A stretch of 48,757 bases of DNA, from the IMG/VR virus record IMGVR_UViG_3300032315_000384, positions 1-48,757 of that record; one strand, 5' to 3'. Shown piece by piece: positions 25,298-33,800 of this stretch. This DNA comes from a virus (taxonomy: Duplodnaviria; Caudoviricetes). The first letter of the stretch is position 1. Every line of letters starts with the position of its first letter. The position numbers and the translations under genes were made by a program. The notes below the pieces were generated by a model. That model was given only the letters and a program-made list of their open reading frames with translations. It ran no database searches and was not told the DNA's origin.

Positions 25298-25473
25298 GTG
25301 TTCACCTCCTTGAATTTCTCCAACAATGCTTTGCCAAACTGCACTTGTCCCCACGGCATCGGTGCGCCTCGGTGTTCCTTTACCACTTCAAAGTAGACCT
25401 GTTCAATTTGACTATCAGTCAGCTCTACCCACGGCTTCTTGTAATCTTGAATGTCATCGTCTTCTTCGATCAT
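25294..25473 (-). CDS. WVELTD...FKEVNT family protein, 59 aa (not in the ORF track)
   Basis: MIEEDDDIQDYKKPWVELTDSQIEQV...FKEVNT; ATGA overlaps. Confidence 0.6.
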   Translation of the reverse strand: MIEEDDDIQDYKKPWVELTDSQIEQVYFEVVKEHRGAPMPWGQVQFGKALLEKFKEVNT

Positions 25474-25742
25474 TGCCTCATCTCCTCAATGTGTTTTACC
25501 AAGAGGTCAAACCATTCTTGCGTGGCCTTGCCTCTACCCATGCCCTCCAACGGCATGATGGCGGGGCGCAGTTCCTTGATGACTTGTACGACTGATTCCA
25601 TTGCGTCTTTAACCCCAGCGTCATAGCTCTCTGTGAGAAGCTTAGTTAACTCTTCTTTCATATCTATTGTTGCCCTCACAGCTTCTTTCTTAGCCACACT
25701 TCTGCGCTCAATCTCGTTGAACGCTTCGTCTTCTTCAGTCAT
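25470..25742 (-). CDS. Hypothetical protein
   Basis: Start MTEEDEAFNE at 25742 with AGGAG RBS. Confidence 0.6.
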   Translation of the reverse strand: MTEEDEAFNEIERRSVAKKEAVRATIDMKEELTKLLTESYDAGVKDAMESVVQVIKELRPAIMPLEGMGRGKATQEWFDLLVKHIEEMRQ

Positions 25743-25750
25743 AGCTTCTC

Positions 25751-25957
25751 CTACCATTTTGGATTTGTTACACGTTCTCTTGCCTCTTCCCATGTCCACT
25801 CGGGGCGCATCTTGCAAGTCCACTCAATCCTTGCGTGTAGTCCATAGACACTGTGAGCATGACAAGCGCCTTTCCACCAGTTGTCTTCATCACGTTTGCG
25901 TAAACCTGACTTGACATACAACCAGTATTTAAATTTTGCCCACACCTTAGTCATCAT
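25751..25957 (-). CDS. Hypothetical Trp-rich protein
   Basis: GGAGG RBS; ORF track. Confidence 0.55.
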   Translation of the reverse strand: MMTKVWAKFKYWLYVKSGLRKRDEDNWWKGACHAHSVYGLHARIEWTCKMRPEWTWEEARERVTNPKW

Positions 25958-26078
25958 CGCCTCCGTTCTGCATAGTGAATATCGCCCAACCGATCATGGC
26001 GCACACAACGACAAACAAAATAGAGCCCAATGCCAACAACGCCGCCATTACAAGAATGTTTGCTATTGCTTCTAACAT
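25947..26078 (-). CDS. Small membrane protein, 43 aa (not in the ORF track)
   Basis: MLEAIANILVMAALLALGSILFVVVCAMIGWAIFTMQNGGDDD; AAGGAG RBS. Confidence 0.55.
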   Translation of the reverse strand: MLEAIANILVMAALLALGSILFVVVCAMIGWAIFTMQNGGDDD

Positions 26079-26245
26079 GTCCGCTCCTTTGTTACCTTGC
26101 TCTTTTTTTCACATCGGCTGTCTTTCAAAAATGATCGCAGCCACTTGCCTTTGCCAAGCTTGACCCACTCTTCGTATTCACTCTGTGTTACGCGTATGCC
26201 AATGGTCTTGCCGCTCTTGGTTAGCTCGCTCTTAGGTCTTGGCAC
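26072..26245 (-). CDS. Small putative DNA-binding protein (ribbon-helix-helix-like)
   Basis: PRPKSEL...IGIRVTQSEYEEWVKLG..KWLR; GTG start at 26245. Confidence 0.5.
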   Translation of the reverse strand: MPRPKSELTKSGKTIGIRVTQSEYEEWVKLGKGKWLRSFLKDSRCEKKSKVTKERTC

Positions 26246-26417
26246 TTTCTTTTCCCTTGCTGTAGATGATGATTTGTTTTCTCTCGCTAAGCTTGTCCAT
26301 CGCTCGTTGGCTTGCAAGCTGACCAGCCCTAGCACCGCTTGCCATTTGCTTCATCTTCTTATCAAGTGAAAACACACTCGGCCCCCGCCAATCAAATACG
26401 TTCTTTTCGCTCATCAT
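26232..26417 (-). CDS. Hypothetical protein
   Basis: ORF track; NVFDWR motif. Confidence 0.5.
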   Translation of the reverse strand: MMSEKNVFDWRGPSVFSLDKKMKQMASGARAGQLASQRAMDKLSERKQIIIYSKGKESAKT

Positions 26418-26598
26418 TCATCCTTACTATTGAATCTTGAAAACGATATTCACAGCTATGCTGGTCGCCAGCTTGTTTAGTTAAGAACACCAACTTGCAG
26501 TCGGTGCAGTACCACGCTGAGCCTTGCTCAACGATAGTTGTCTTGTTTGCGTGTTGGCCGTACACCTTGCCAAAGAATGTTCTGATGCGCTCAAGCAT
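26392..26598 (-). CDS. Hypothetical protein with a CxxC Zn-finger-like motif
   Basis: Start MLERIRTFFG after GGAG; WYCTDCKLVF...HSC. Confidence 0.55.
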   Translation of the reverse strand: MLERIRTFFGKVYGQHANKTTIVEQGSAWYCTDCKLVFLTKQAGDQHSCEYRFQDSIVRMNDERKERI

Positions 26599-26791
26599 TA
26601 TGTTTTCTCCATCTTCTACACAAATCTTTTGCTGCCTTGCTCTTTGGTTTCCTGTCGCACATGGCGCTGATTGATTTTTCTTTTGCTTGCACTTGTAATT
26701 GCCAAGGCGTAATAGGCTTTGGCGGGTCAGGGAAGAGCCCGTGGTATCCCACTGTACCCAGTACGGCACTAAGAATAATTTTGTCAATCAT
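26591..26791 (-). CDS. Hypothetical protein with a hydrophobic N-terminus
   Basis: ORF track; ATGA overlap. Confidence 0.55.
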   Translation of the reverse strand: MIDKIILSAVLGTVGYHGLFPDPPKPITPWQLQVQAKEKSISAMCDRKPKSKAAKDLCRRWRKHNA

Positions 26792-27516
26792 GTTTGCCCC
26801 CTTAGTTTTTGATACATATCCCAGACTTTCTTAGCGTGGTCGCCCCAAATATCACCCACCATGTATTTCAACTCCTGGTGCATTTCGGGTTGCTCCTTTT
26901 CCAAATGCGCAATCCAAGGCGCGTCTGCAAGCATCGGCTCAATCTCCTCCCAGTTGTTCTTAGCTTTCTGTAATTTCTGCTCAGCCAGCCTCCTAGCTTG
27001 CAAATAGGCGCTCTTGATCTCCGCTTGCTCTCTCCTCTTTAAGCGCTCTTTGTCTATCCTTGCCCACTCAGCCAGACGTTCGGCCTCCTTCTGTGCGGTT
27101 GTTTCGTACCACCCCATCAACTCTCTAAGTTTTTCCGAACGATCCGGATGTTTGATCTTACGTATCGCCTTTACTTCAATCTGCCTGATGCGCTCACGGG
27201 TTACATCAAACATAACCCCAACTTCTTCCAATGTGTAGTCTTGTGTAATCCCAATCCCAAACCGCATACACAATATTTTTTTCTCTCTTGGGGTGATGCC
27301 ATCTAACACCTCATCAACAACTTTAACCATCTCTTTCTTAAACAACTCTTCTTCAGGGTCAACATACTCTGCATCAACTGGAGGGCACGGCATCTCGGGC
27401 ATGTGTTCATCTCGTAAATAACCGTGCGTGTAATACGTTTTTTTCAACTCATAGCTTGCATCCACCATAGTGCCGTGGGGTATCGTGTGACCCTTAGTTA
27501 CCTTACTGCGTCTCAT
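26788..27516 (-). CDS. Stand-alone sigma70 (RpoD-like) region-4 protein
   Basis: ITPREKKILCMRFGI...DYTLEEVGVMFDVTRERIRQIEVKAIRKIKHPDRSEKLR. Confidence 0.85.
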   Translation of the reverse strand: MRRSKVTKGHTIPHGTMVDASYELKKTYYTHGYLRDEHMPEMPCPPVDAEYVDPEEELFKKEMVKVVDEVLDGITPREKKILCMRFGIGITQDYTLEEVGVMFDVTRERIRQIEVKAIRKIKHPDRSEKLRELMGWYETTAQKEAERLAEWARIDKERLKRREQAEIKSAYLQARRLAEQKLQKAKNNWEEIEPMLADAPWIAHLEKEQPEMHQELKYMVGDIWGDHAKKVWDMYQKLRGQT

Positions 27517-27521
27517 GACGA

Positions 27522-27803
27522 CTACTTCATCACCAGATCGTTAATCTGGTCAGTCAAGATCGCCCCAAGGTCCCGGCCATGGACAGCAACCATCTGAGCT
27601 TCTTTGCAGTCATAGATCACCTTGGCGGAATCTCGGATAGCTTTGTTGTAGCCGCTCTTATAAACATCACCGCCATCCAGCATCATCACAATGGCATCCC
27701 TAACTAAGCTTGATGCCTGCCTGTGCTGCGCCGCCTGCTTAATCTTCGCGTAGTATTCCGGCGGAAGATAAACAGAATACGGTATTAACTTTCGTGATTC
27801 CAT
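27522..27803 (-). CDS. Ribbon-helix-helix-like protein
   Basis: PYSVYLPPEYYAKIK...ASSLVRDAI. Confidence 0.55.
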   Translation of the reverse strand: MESRKLIPYSVYLPPEYYAKIKQAAQHRQASSLVRDAIVMMLDGGDVYKSGYNKAIRDSAKVIYDCKEAQMVAVHGRDLGAILTDQINDLVMK

Positions 27804-28207
27804 ACCATAAACTCCTGATGAATTGTGTTCAGCCTATTGCGGGCCACTTCGTTGGTCTTGAGCTCGGCTCGTGACTGAACGCCCAAATAGTTCCGCAGCC
27901 ATTCAGTCGCCTCTGCTTCTGAGGCTTTCAAGATTTGCAAGTCCTCATGCAAATATTGCCAAAATGCCGGATCACGACACAGGGCGCCAGCCTTAGAGAC
28001 GTATTGATCGCCGGCATACTCTTGCTCACGGATCAAAGGCTTGTCTACCGAATCAAGCCTGACCATGACACACTGATACCGAGCCCCCACAAAGTCACGT
28101 AGTAACTCAACGGGCACCTCGTCGGGGTGCATGCGCAGCGTTAGCACATACCCCTCCTTGTCTTGCTTGATGGCCAACTTGATGGCCTCAAATTGCAGAG
28201 TTTTCAT
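27785..28207 (-). CDS. Phage hypothetical protein
   Basis: AGALCRDPAFWQYL...LGVQSRAEL motif; GAGG RBS. Confidence 0.7.
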   Translation of the reverse strand: MKTLQFEAIKLAIKQDKEGYVLTLRMHPDEVPVELLRDFVGARYQCVMVRLDSVDKPLIREQEYAGDQYVSKAGALCRDPAFWQYLHEDLQILKASEAEATEWLRNYLGVQSRAELKTNEVARNRLNTIHQEFMVWNHES

Positions 28208-28216
28208 GTGATCACC

Positions 28217-28522
28217 TCAAAAGGGGATATCCGAGTCGTCCACAGGATCAGGACGAGGGGTCGAGCGAGGAGCAGCTGGAGCATCTGGTTTTACATACGG
28301 CTCAGAGGCTTGCATGGACAGACAGTCCTTGCCGTTAATGACTTTGCTCCAGCCGGAGATTTGAATCGTCACAGTGGACTGTCCCGTAGTCTTGCTCAGC
28401 ATCTGACGCAGGAACTCTCTGTCCAGCACCAGGTCGCCACGCTTGTCTGGGTGCTGCTCTGTGCGTTTGTAATCGTTAGGCCACAAGGTGCCTGTGTTTG
28501 GTTTTGGAATGTATGTACTCAT
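28217..28522 (-). CDS. Putative single-stranded DNA-binding protein
   Basis: GTLWPN...HPDKRG...ISGWSK; acidic C-terminus DDSDIPF; next to ERF. Confidence 0.7.
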   Translation of the reverse strand: MSTYIPKPNTGTLWPNDYKRTEQHPDKRGDLVLDREFLRQMLSKTTGQSTVTIQISGWSKVINGKDCLSMQASEPYVKPDAPAAPRSTPRPDPVDDSDIPF

Positions 28523-29214
28523 GCTGTCTCCGTAAATTTGTTTTTAACTGTGGTGAACTGGGCCATCAACTCTGTAAAGAAATCCGCATCAGTTTTCTTG
28601 ACAACATCGAAAAGCTGTTTGTTCTTCCTGAAGATTTTCATAACATCATCTTTCGAGGATGCGTATTTCAAAGCCAGACCTGCGGCTGCACTCACGGCAG
28701 ATAGCCAATCTTCTGATGAACCTTCGGGGCTCAGTGTTACTTTCATCATCCACTCGCCATCATCACCCTCAATAACAGCAGGTGGTCTTGGCTTCACCGC
28801 AACTGGGGGAGGGGGAGCTTCAGCCCGCTTGGGGGTTTCGGCGCCAGCAGATGAATCAATCGCATCATGCTCAACGAGCTCGAGCGCTGTCATCCACAGG
28901 TAACGGCGTTGATACGATTCCATGGCGCCCAAATTTTGGATGGGGTGAGCGCCTTTGAGATTGGCATCGGCCATCGGGGAGGTGATAGTGACCATAGTGC
29001 CGTCTTCAGTGTCATAGATCGATAGCTCGGCATAGTCAGACCTGAAGCTGACGATCCCGCACAGACCCACGTCATAGAAAATCTGCTGGATAGCGGGGAT
29101 GAAGTCGCCCAGCTCAAAGTAGCTGTAACCAGCAAACTTATTGAGCCCTGACTTCTTGAGCTCGGTAGACTGAAGCCGTACCCTGGCCTCCATTAACTTG
29201 CGATGTACTGTCAT
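28519..29214 (-). CDS. erf: ERF-family single-strand annealing protein
   Basis: KKSGLNKFAGYSY...IQNLGAMESYQRRYL. Confidence 0.8.
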   Translation of the reverse strand: MTVHRKLMEARVRLQSTELKKSGLNKFAGYSYFELGDFIPAIQQIFYDVGLCGIVSFRSDYAELSIYDTEDGTMVTITSPMADANLKGAHPIQNLGAMESYQRRYLWMTALELVEHDAIDSSAGAETPKRAEAPPPPVAVKPRPPAVIEGDDGEWMMKVTLSPEGSSEDWLSAVSAAAGLALKYASSKDDVMKIFRKNKQLFDVVKKTDADFFTELMAQFTTVKNKFTETA

Positions 29215-29474
29215 TTTTTGACTTTCTTGGTTGGTTTACGAACGGGCTGCTCATTGGAATCGACCTCTTCTAGAAGCTTCTCCAAATAGTGACGAGCCTT
29301 GAGAAGATCGAGGCCGCCGCCCTTCTCGGGGTAACGGGCTAGATACTTGATGACATTGCCACGCAGATAGCCCTCAAACTGTTCTGGGGTCATCCACGAC
29401 TTCATGGCATCCCACGGCTGGACATCTTTGGCCGTGTAATGGCCGCCTCCAACTTGATAATAGTTGGCACTCAT
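29211..29474 (-). CDS. DUF3310 (SaV/T7 gp1.7-like) protein
   Basis: QVGGGHY...GYLRGNVIKYLARYPEKGGGLDLLKARHYL. Confidence 0.8.
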   Translation of the reverse strand: MSANYYQVGGGHYTAKDVQPWDAMKSWMTPEQFEGYLRGNVIKYLARYPEKGGGLDLLKARHYLEKLLEEVDSNEQPVRKPTKKVKK

Positions 29475-30349
29475 ACTTCCTCCTTTGCTTGATAATCACG
29501 CCACTGGGCGCACCACTGATTTACTGAACAAAAGTTAGCGCAGCGAGTACGCTCACCCTGTCTAATGTCCAGTTCATAATCTTTACCCAAACCGGCAAGC
29601 GCTTCCTCTGCCGCCTCTTGCGTTTCATGCAAAGACTTGGCTCGAACGCCGCCTTTCTTGCGAACCGCATACACAGTTGGCTTCTCCCACATCTGCTCCG
29701 GCGTACAGGGCGGCAACAATTCGCCGGCCTCCATGGCAAACTCACAAGCCGAATGCTGTGCTATCCGATCCAAAACAAAAGCCTCCCGCTCTTCATACGG
29801 CCACAGCTTGATGGGCAACTCTTTGATGGGAGCTTCAGGGTAACCTTCCCGATTGGCGGCATCTCGGCGACTCCAATCCCGCACAATGGCCACAATACCC
29901 AAGTCAATTACCTTGACCTTGCGCACCTTCTCTACCAGCCACGCATAGATGTTCAGCTGCTGCTCCCACTCCGCCTTGTCGTTCATGGTCGCCCATGCGC
30001 TGGTGGTCTTATAGTCCCGAATCTGTATGCCCTCGGGCGTTTCTATTTGCAGATCAATGGCGCCGCTAATATTCCAGCCATCGAGCTCAGCATGCAGTCG
30101 AGCCTCAACAATGTGGTTGTCATCCTTCCCATGTTCTAAGACGGTATGCACCGCTGAACCAAAGATAGACCACACCATGTCGGCCACGTCCTCTTCCAAT
30201 TCATCTTGGAACTTCTGAGTCAGAGCCACAATCTTGGGGCTGTTGATGAGTTGGGTAACACTGAGATTAGCCCGTCCCTTGCTGTAGGTTGGCCGCTTGA
30301 CGACGTTGACAAACGTCTGCGGTATGTTGTATTTGTTGGTCAAAATCAT
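29471..30349 (-). CDS. PD-(D/E)XK Cas4-like exonuclease
   Basis: GSAVHTVLE...ISGAID...DYKT...QLNIY; C-terminal Cys cluster; GGAGG RBS before ATG 30349. Confidence 0.85.
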   Translation of the reverse strand: MILTNKYNIPQTFVNVVKRPTYSKGRANLSVTQLINSPKIVALTQKFQDELEEDVADMVWSIFGSAVHTVLEHGKDDNHIVEARLHAELDGWNISGAIDLQIETPEGIQIRDYKTTSAWATMNDKAEWEQQLNIYAWLVEKVRKVKVIDLGIVAIVRDWSRRDAANREGYPEAPIKELPIKLWPYEEREAFVLDRIAQHSACEFAMEAGELLPPCTPEQMWEKPTVYAVRKKGGVRAKSLHETQEAAEEALAGLGKDYELDIRQGERTRCANFCSVNQWCAQWRDYQAKEEV

Positions 30350-30383
30350 GTCTGTTTTCCTCCAAGTTGATAGACACAAACAA

Positions 30384-30412
30384 ATTCTGCAATATTTTTA
30401 TCTGCATGTCAA
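30384..30412 (-). promoter_or_regulatory. sigma70 promoter for the recombination operon
   Basis: TTGACA-17 bp-CAGAAT. Confidence 0.65.
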
Positions 30413-30439
30413 CAGGTCGTACCCATATAAATTCATGTG

Positions 30440-30468
30440 TGGCATATTTGGATGGAAAGTGTTACTAT
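30440..30468 (+). promoter_or_regulatory. Putative promoter for leaderless rusA
   Basis: TGGCAT-17 bp-TACTAT; 6 nt separate the -10 box from the ATG; no SD. Confidence 0.5.
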
Positions 30469-30474
30469 CCGCGC

Positions 30475-30822
30475 ATGCACATACAACTGTTACTCCCCTA
30501 CCCACCAAGCGTCAACCACTACTGGATGTCTAGCGGCAACATGCGCTACATCAGCAAGCGTGGGAGGGTGTTTAGGCAGGCCGTAGCAGAAGAGGCCGCC
30601 ACTCAAGGGATCGTTGGCCTAGAGGGTCGCTTGGCGGTACATGTCGCCCTGTTCCCGCCAGACCGTAGAAAGCGGGATGTGGATAACGTGCTCAAGGCTT
30701 TGCTCGATGCCTGTGAGCATGCCGGCTGTTACGAGTCAGACAGCCAGATCGATGAGCTACACATTGTGCGGCAAGAAGTTAGGAAAGACGGCGGTTGCAC
30801 AATCCTGATCCATACATTATGA
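30475..30822 (+). CDS. rusA: RusA-like Holliday junction resolvase
   Basis: LPYPPSVNHYW...PPDRRKRDVDNVLKALLDA...DSQID. Confidence 0.9.
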   Translation: MHIQLLLPYPPSVNHYWMSSGNMRYISKRGRVFRQAVAEEAATQGIVGLEGRLAVHVALFPPDRRKRDVDNVLKALLDACEHAGCYESDSQIDELHIVRQEVRKDGGCTILIHTL

Positions 30823-30860
30823 TGGGCGGACTGCTAATGCAGTTGCCAAGTTGTGAGTTT

Positions 30861-30887
30861 AAGGGGGGTTTCGGCCCCCCTTTTTTT
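30861..30887 (+). terminator. Rho-independent terminator between convergent genes
   Basis: AAGGGGGGT-TTCG-GCCCCCCTT plus T run. Confidence 0.85.
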
Positions 30888-33800
30888 ATAGCCCAGCCTC
30901 CTGGCGCATCTCAATAATATCTTCAAGCAGCTCTTGCTTCTCAAGTTGTAACAGCTTGATTTCCTCTCGGCGCTGCTGTGGGGTCAGGCCAGTATCCTTA
31001 CTCTCCCCGTAATAGCGAATCTCACCATTGATCTCTTTGAGCTCGCTTTCCATCTTATTGACATCTTTATAGAAGTCCAAGATGTCGCTGTGCTTCTCTT
31101 CATAAGCCTCAGCTGCCGCCTCATCTTCCCGCTCCAGCATCTTGGCAAAGGTGCCATACCGCTTATCAACCTCGGCCTTGAAGTCATAGAACAGATCTTC
31201 ATTGCGACGACCAACATCTGCCCGCAAGAACGAGCCTGTAATAGGCTGCTGCTTGTCAGTCAGGGCCGCGCGCTCACCACTTGCAACGGCAATGCTATTG
31301 GTGAACCACTGCACCATAGCGCCAGCAGTGCCGAAGATGCCCCTGATGAGGTGATCGGTTTCGATGGGGTCTAAGAGTCGCTTATCTTTGGTGCCCGTTA
31401 AGCTGGATAAGAACTTACCTGCCTCACTGGTTTCTGCCGTATAGCGCTCAGCCGCTTCCAACTTGGCTAAGGCTTCAGGAACAACAGGCCGACCAGTGAA
31501 GAAGTCTTTGTTCAAGCCAATCTCAATGAATGGCTTAACGGCTGATGGCACGGGGGTTGGACCAAGCAGCATGTCTATGGCCGCCTCTTTCAATGCCGTG
31601 CGCAAACGCCGCTCATCCACAGCGTTTTTGGTTCCTTCTTTGACGACCTTGTTGTAGATCATCTCAGGTACAGCCTTGTAGAAATAGGCGGCGCTGGTGT
31701 TCATTGGCAAGAGAATCTTGGTGCCAGGAATCATGAAATTGCGCAGCTTTGTCTGGTCATCCATCTGGTTGTAGTCTTCATCATCACCAACCAAGAAGCA
31801 GTACAGCAGGGTAATGCCGGCTAACAATGTGCCGGTCATGGCCAGACGAGCCAGCGCATTGGCACGGCTTCTGCCTTTCAATCCACCGCCCGCCAAAGCT
31901 TGGATCAAGACATCCATCGAGTTGGCATAAGCGCCAGCAAAAGGCACAGTCTTCACAATTGCCTGCGCAACCTGACCAGAGCCGTGATGCAAGAAGTTGA
32001 TGACATTGGCCGCCTGGTACAGGGCTTGAGTTTCATTGCCTGTTTCTGCCAAGACGCGCTTGTACACAGCCACACGCTGGGCCATATCCGAGGAATCACC
32101 GATATGATCCAAGCCCTTGATCACAAAGTCAAATACGTTGCGATTCATGATTCCTAAACGACGCTTGATCTCCGCCTCTGGAGTCCTAGCAAGACTTTGG
32201 AAGCCACCAATACCTGCCGCCTTCAGAATCTTGACTGTTGGATCTGTGTTCAGCAGGCTGGTGACAAAGCCTTTGTACACACCGCCAATCAGTACCAGTG
32301 GGCGCTTCACGCCGGTCACAAGTGCAGCCGTGGGCGCATCTTTGAATACCTGCTTGATTTGGAACACGCCCGACAAAGTGATTGTGCGACGGGTGAAGTT
32401 AGCCGCCATTGCCAACGTATCCAGCATGGCAATATCCAAACTCTCCATGCCAAAGATAGATTCTGCGATAAGCGGATCTTGAATCTCCACTATCACACGC
32501 TGACCATTGACAATGAAATCAAATCTTCCCCGCGCCTTATCTGCCTTGGGGAACACCATGATCTTGCCCTTTTTGTCTCGGGTCGCGTACTCCATAACAA
32601 TGCGTTGGGCAGCCGCATGACGCAGGCCATTCATGGTCATGCGCATGACGTTGCGGGTCATGTTGTCAATGATGTTCTCAATTTCTCTGCTGGCCCTGAA
32701 CACCACCAGATCACCGGCTGTGACCGGAACATCGAGCTTAACTTGGCCGTCAGCCGTCATAGTAACTTTGTCAGGGTCTACTGGACTTCCATTGATTTCT
32801 ACTTCCACCTCAACGGCGGGTTGAATCTTGAAGTCCTGCTGTCCATCCTTGGCCACAAAGTCAGTGATGACGGTTGGCTTGCCTTTCTTGAACAGCTTCT
32901 CAAGACCAATATTGGTCATCTTTCTGTTGCTAGCTTGTACGGGAGAATGAATGTCTGTCGCATCATTCATGATCCGCTGCCACGGCACATAGTCTTTGAT
33001 ATTGGACAAACTCTCGTAGCGCTTTTCAGACATCAAGCCAACCTGCCGCCATAGCGCCAACATGTTTTGATTGATGGCTGTCCAGTTGTCCATGATCTTG
33101 CGCAGCTCTGGATGAACTGCATCTCTGGCGATGAAGTCATCGATCTCTTCATCGGACATCCTGATCTTTTTATAGACCACCTCAATGGCTTGAAGATCCT
33201 TTTTGGCCTCGGCCATAGCATCTCGAGCCGCCATGATGTCTTCTTGGGGGGCGCCGGACGCCAAAAGCTCTTCGTAGTTGCTCTTGAAGAACTCATACTC
33301 AACTTCACGATCAAAGTATTCGTTCTGGATGCTACGGCTACGCTTGGCCTCCAAGTAGCCTTGGATAATGTCTGTACCCAGCTGATTGCCCAAACGCTTT
33401 TTGAGTGCGCCTTCTGCCTCATAAACACCGCGCATACCTTTGTCTCGCTTGACGGCAACAAAGTTACGGCTCTTCTGATCAAACTTAATCCCGCCTTGGA
33501 AGATAACCTCGGTTGCAATCTGTCCACCACGGATTGCGTTATCGAGCGCCACAGATGCAGTCGCCAAGCCTTGACTTGTCAGTAAATCGCCGTTGTACCT
33601 AGAAAAGTCAGCGGCATTTAGACCAGATCCAAACCAGACATTCTTATTGCGGGCATTCAAAATTAATCTGTCAACTGAGTTGGCAGCAGTGCCCAGAGCT
33701 TCAAGTGGATCAGATACCGCATAGGTAAAGAAGTCTTTGCTCAACTTACCCGCATTAACAGCCTGTGTCTTAAGCGGAGACTGATCAAGCTGTGGTGTGT

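Noticed and set aside
29471-30349. Cas4-like gene as part of a CRISPR system
   Set aside because: It lies in an operon with ERF and SSB-like genes, an ordinary phage recombination module.
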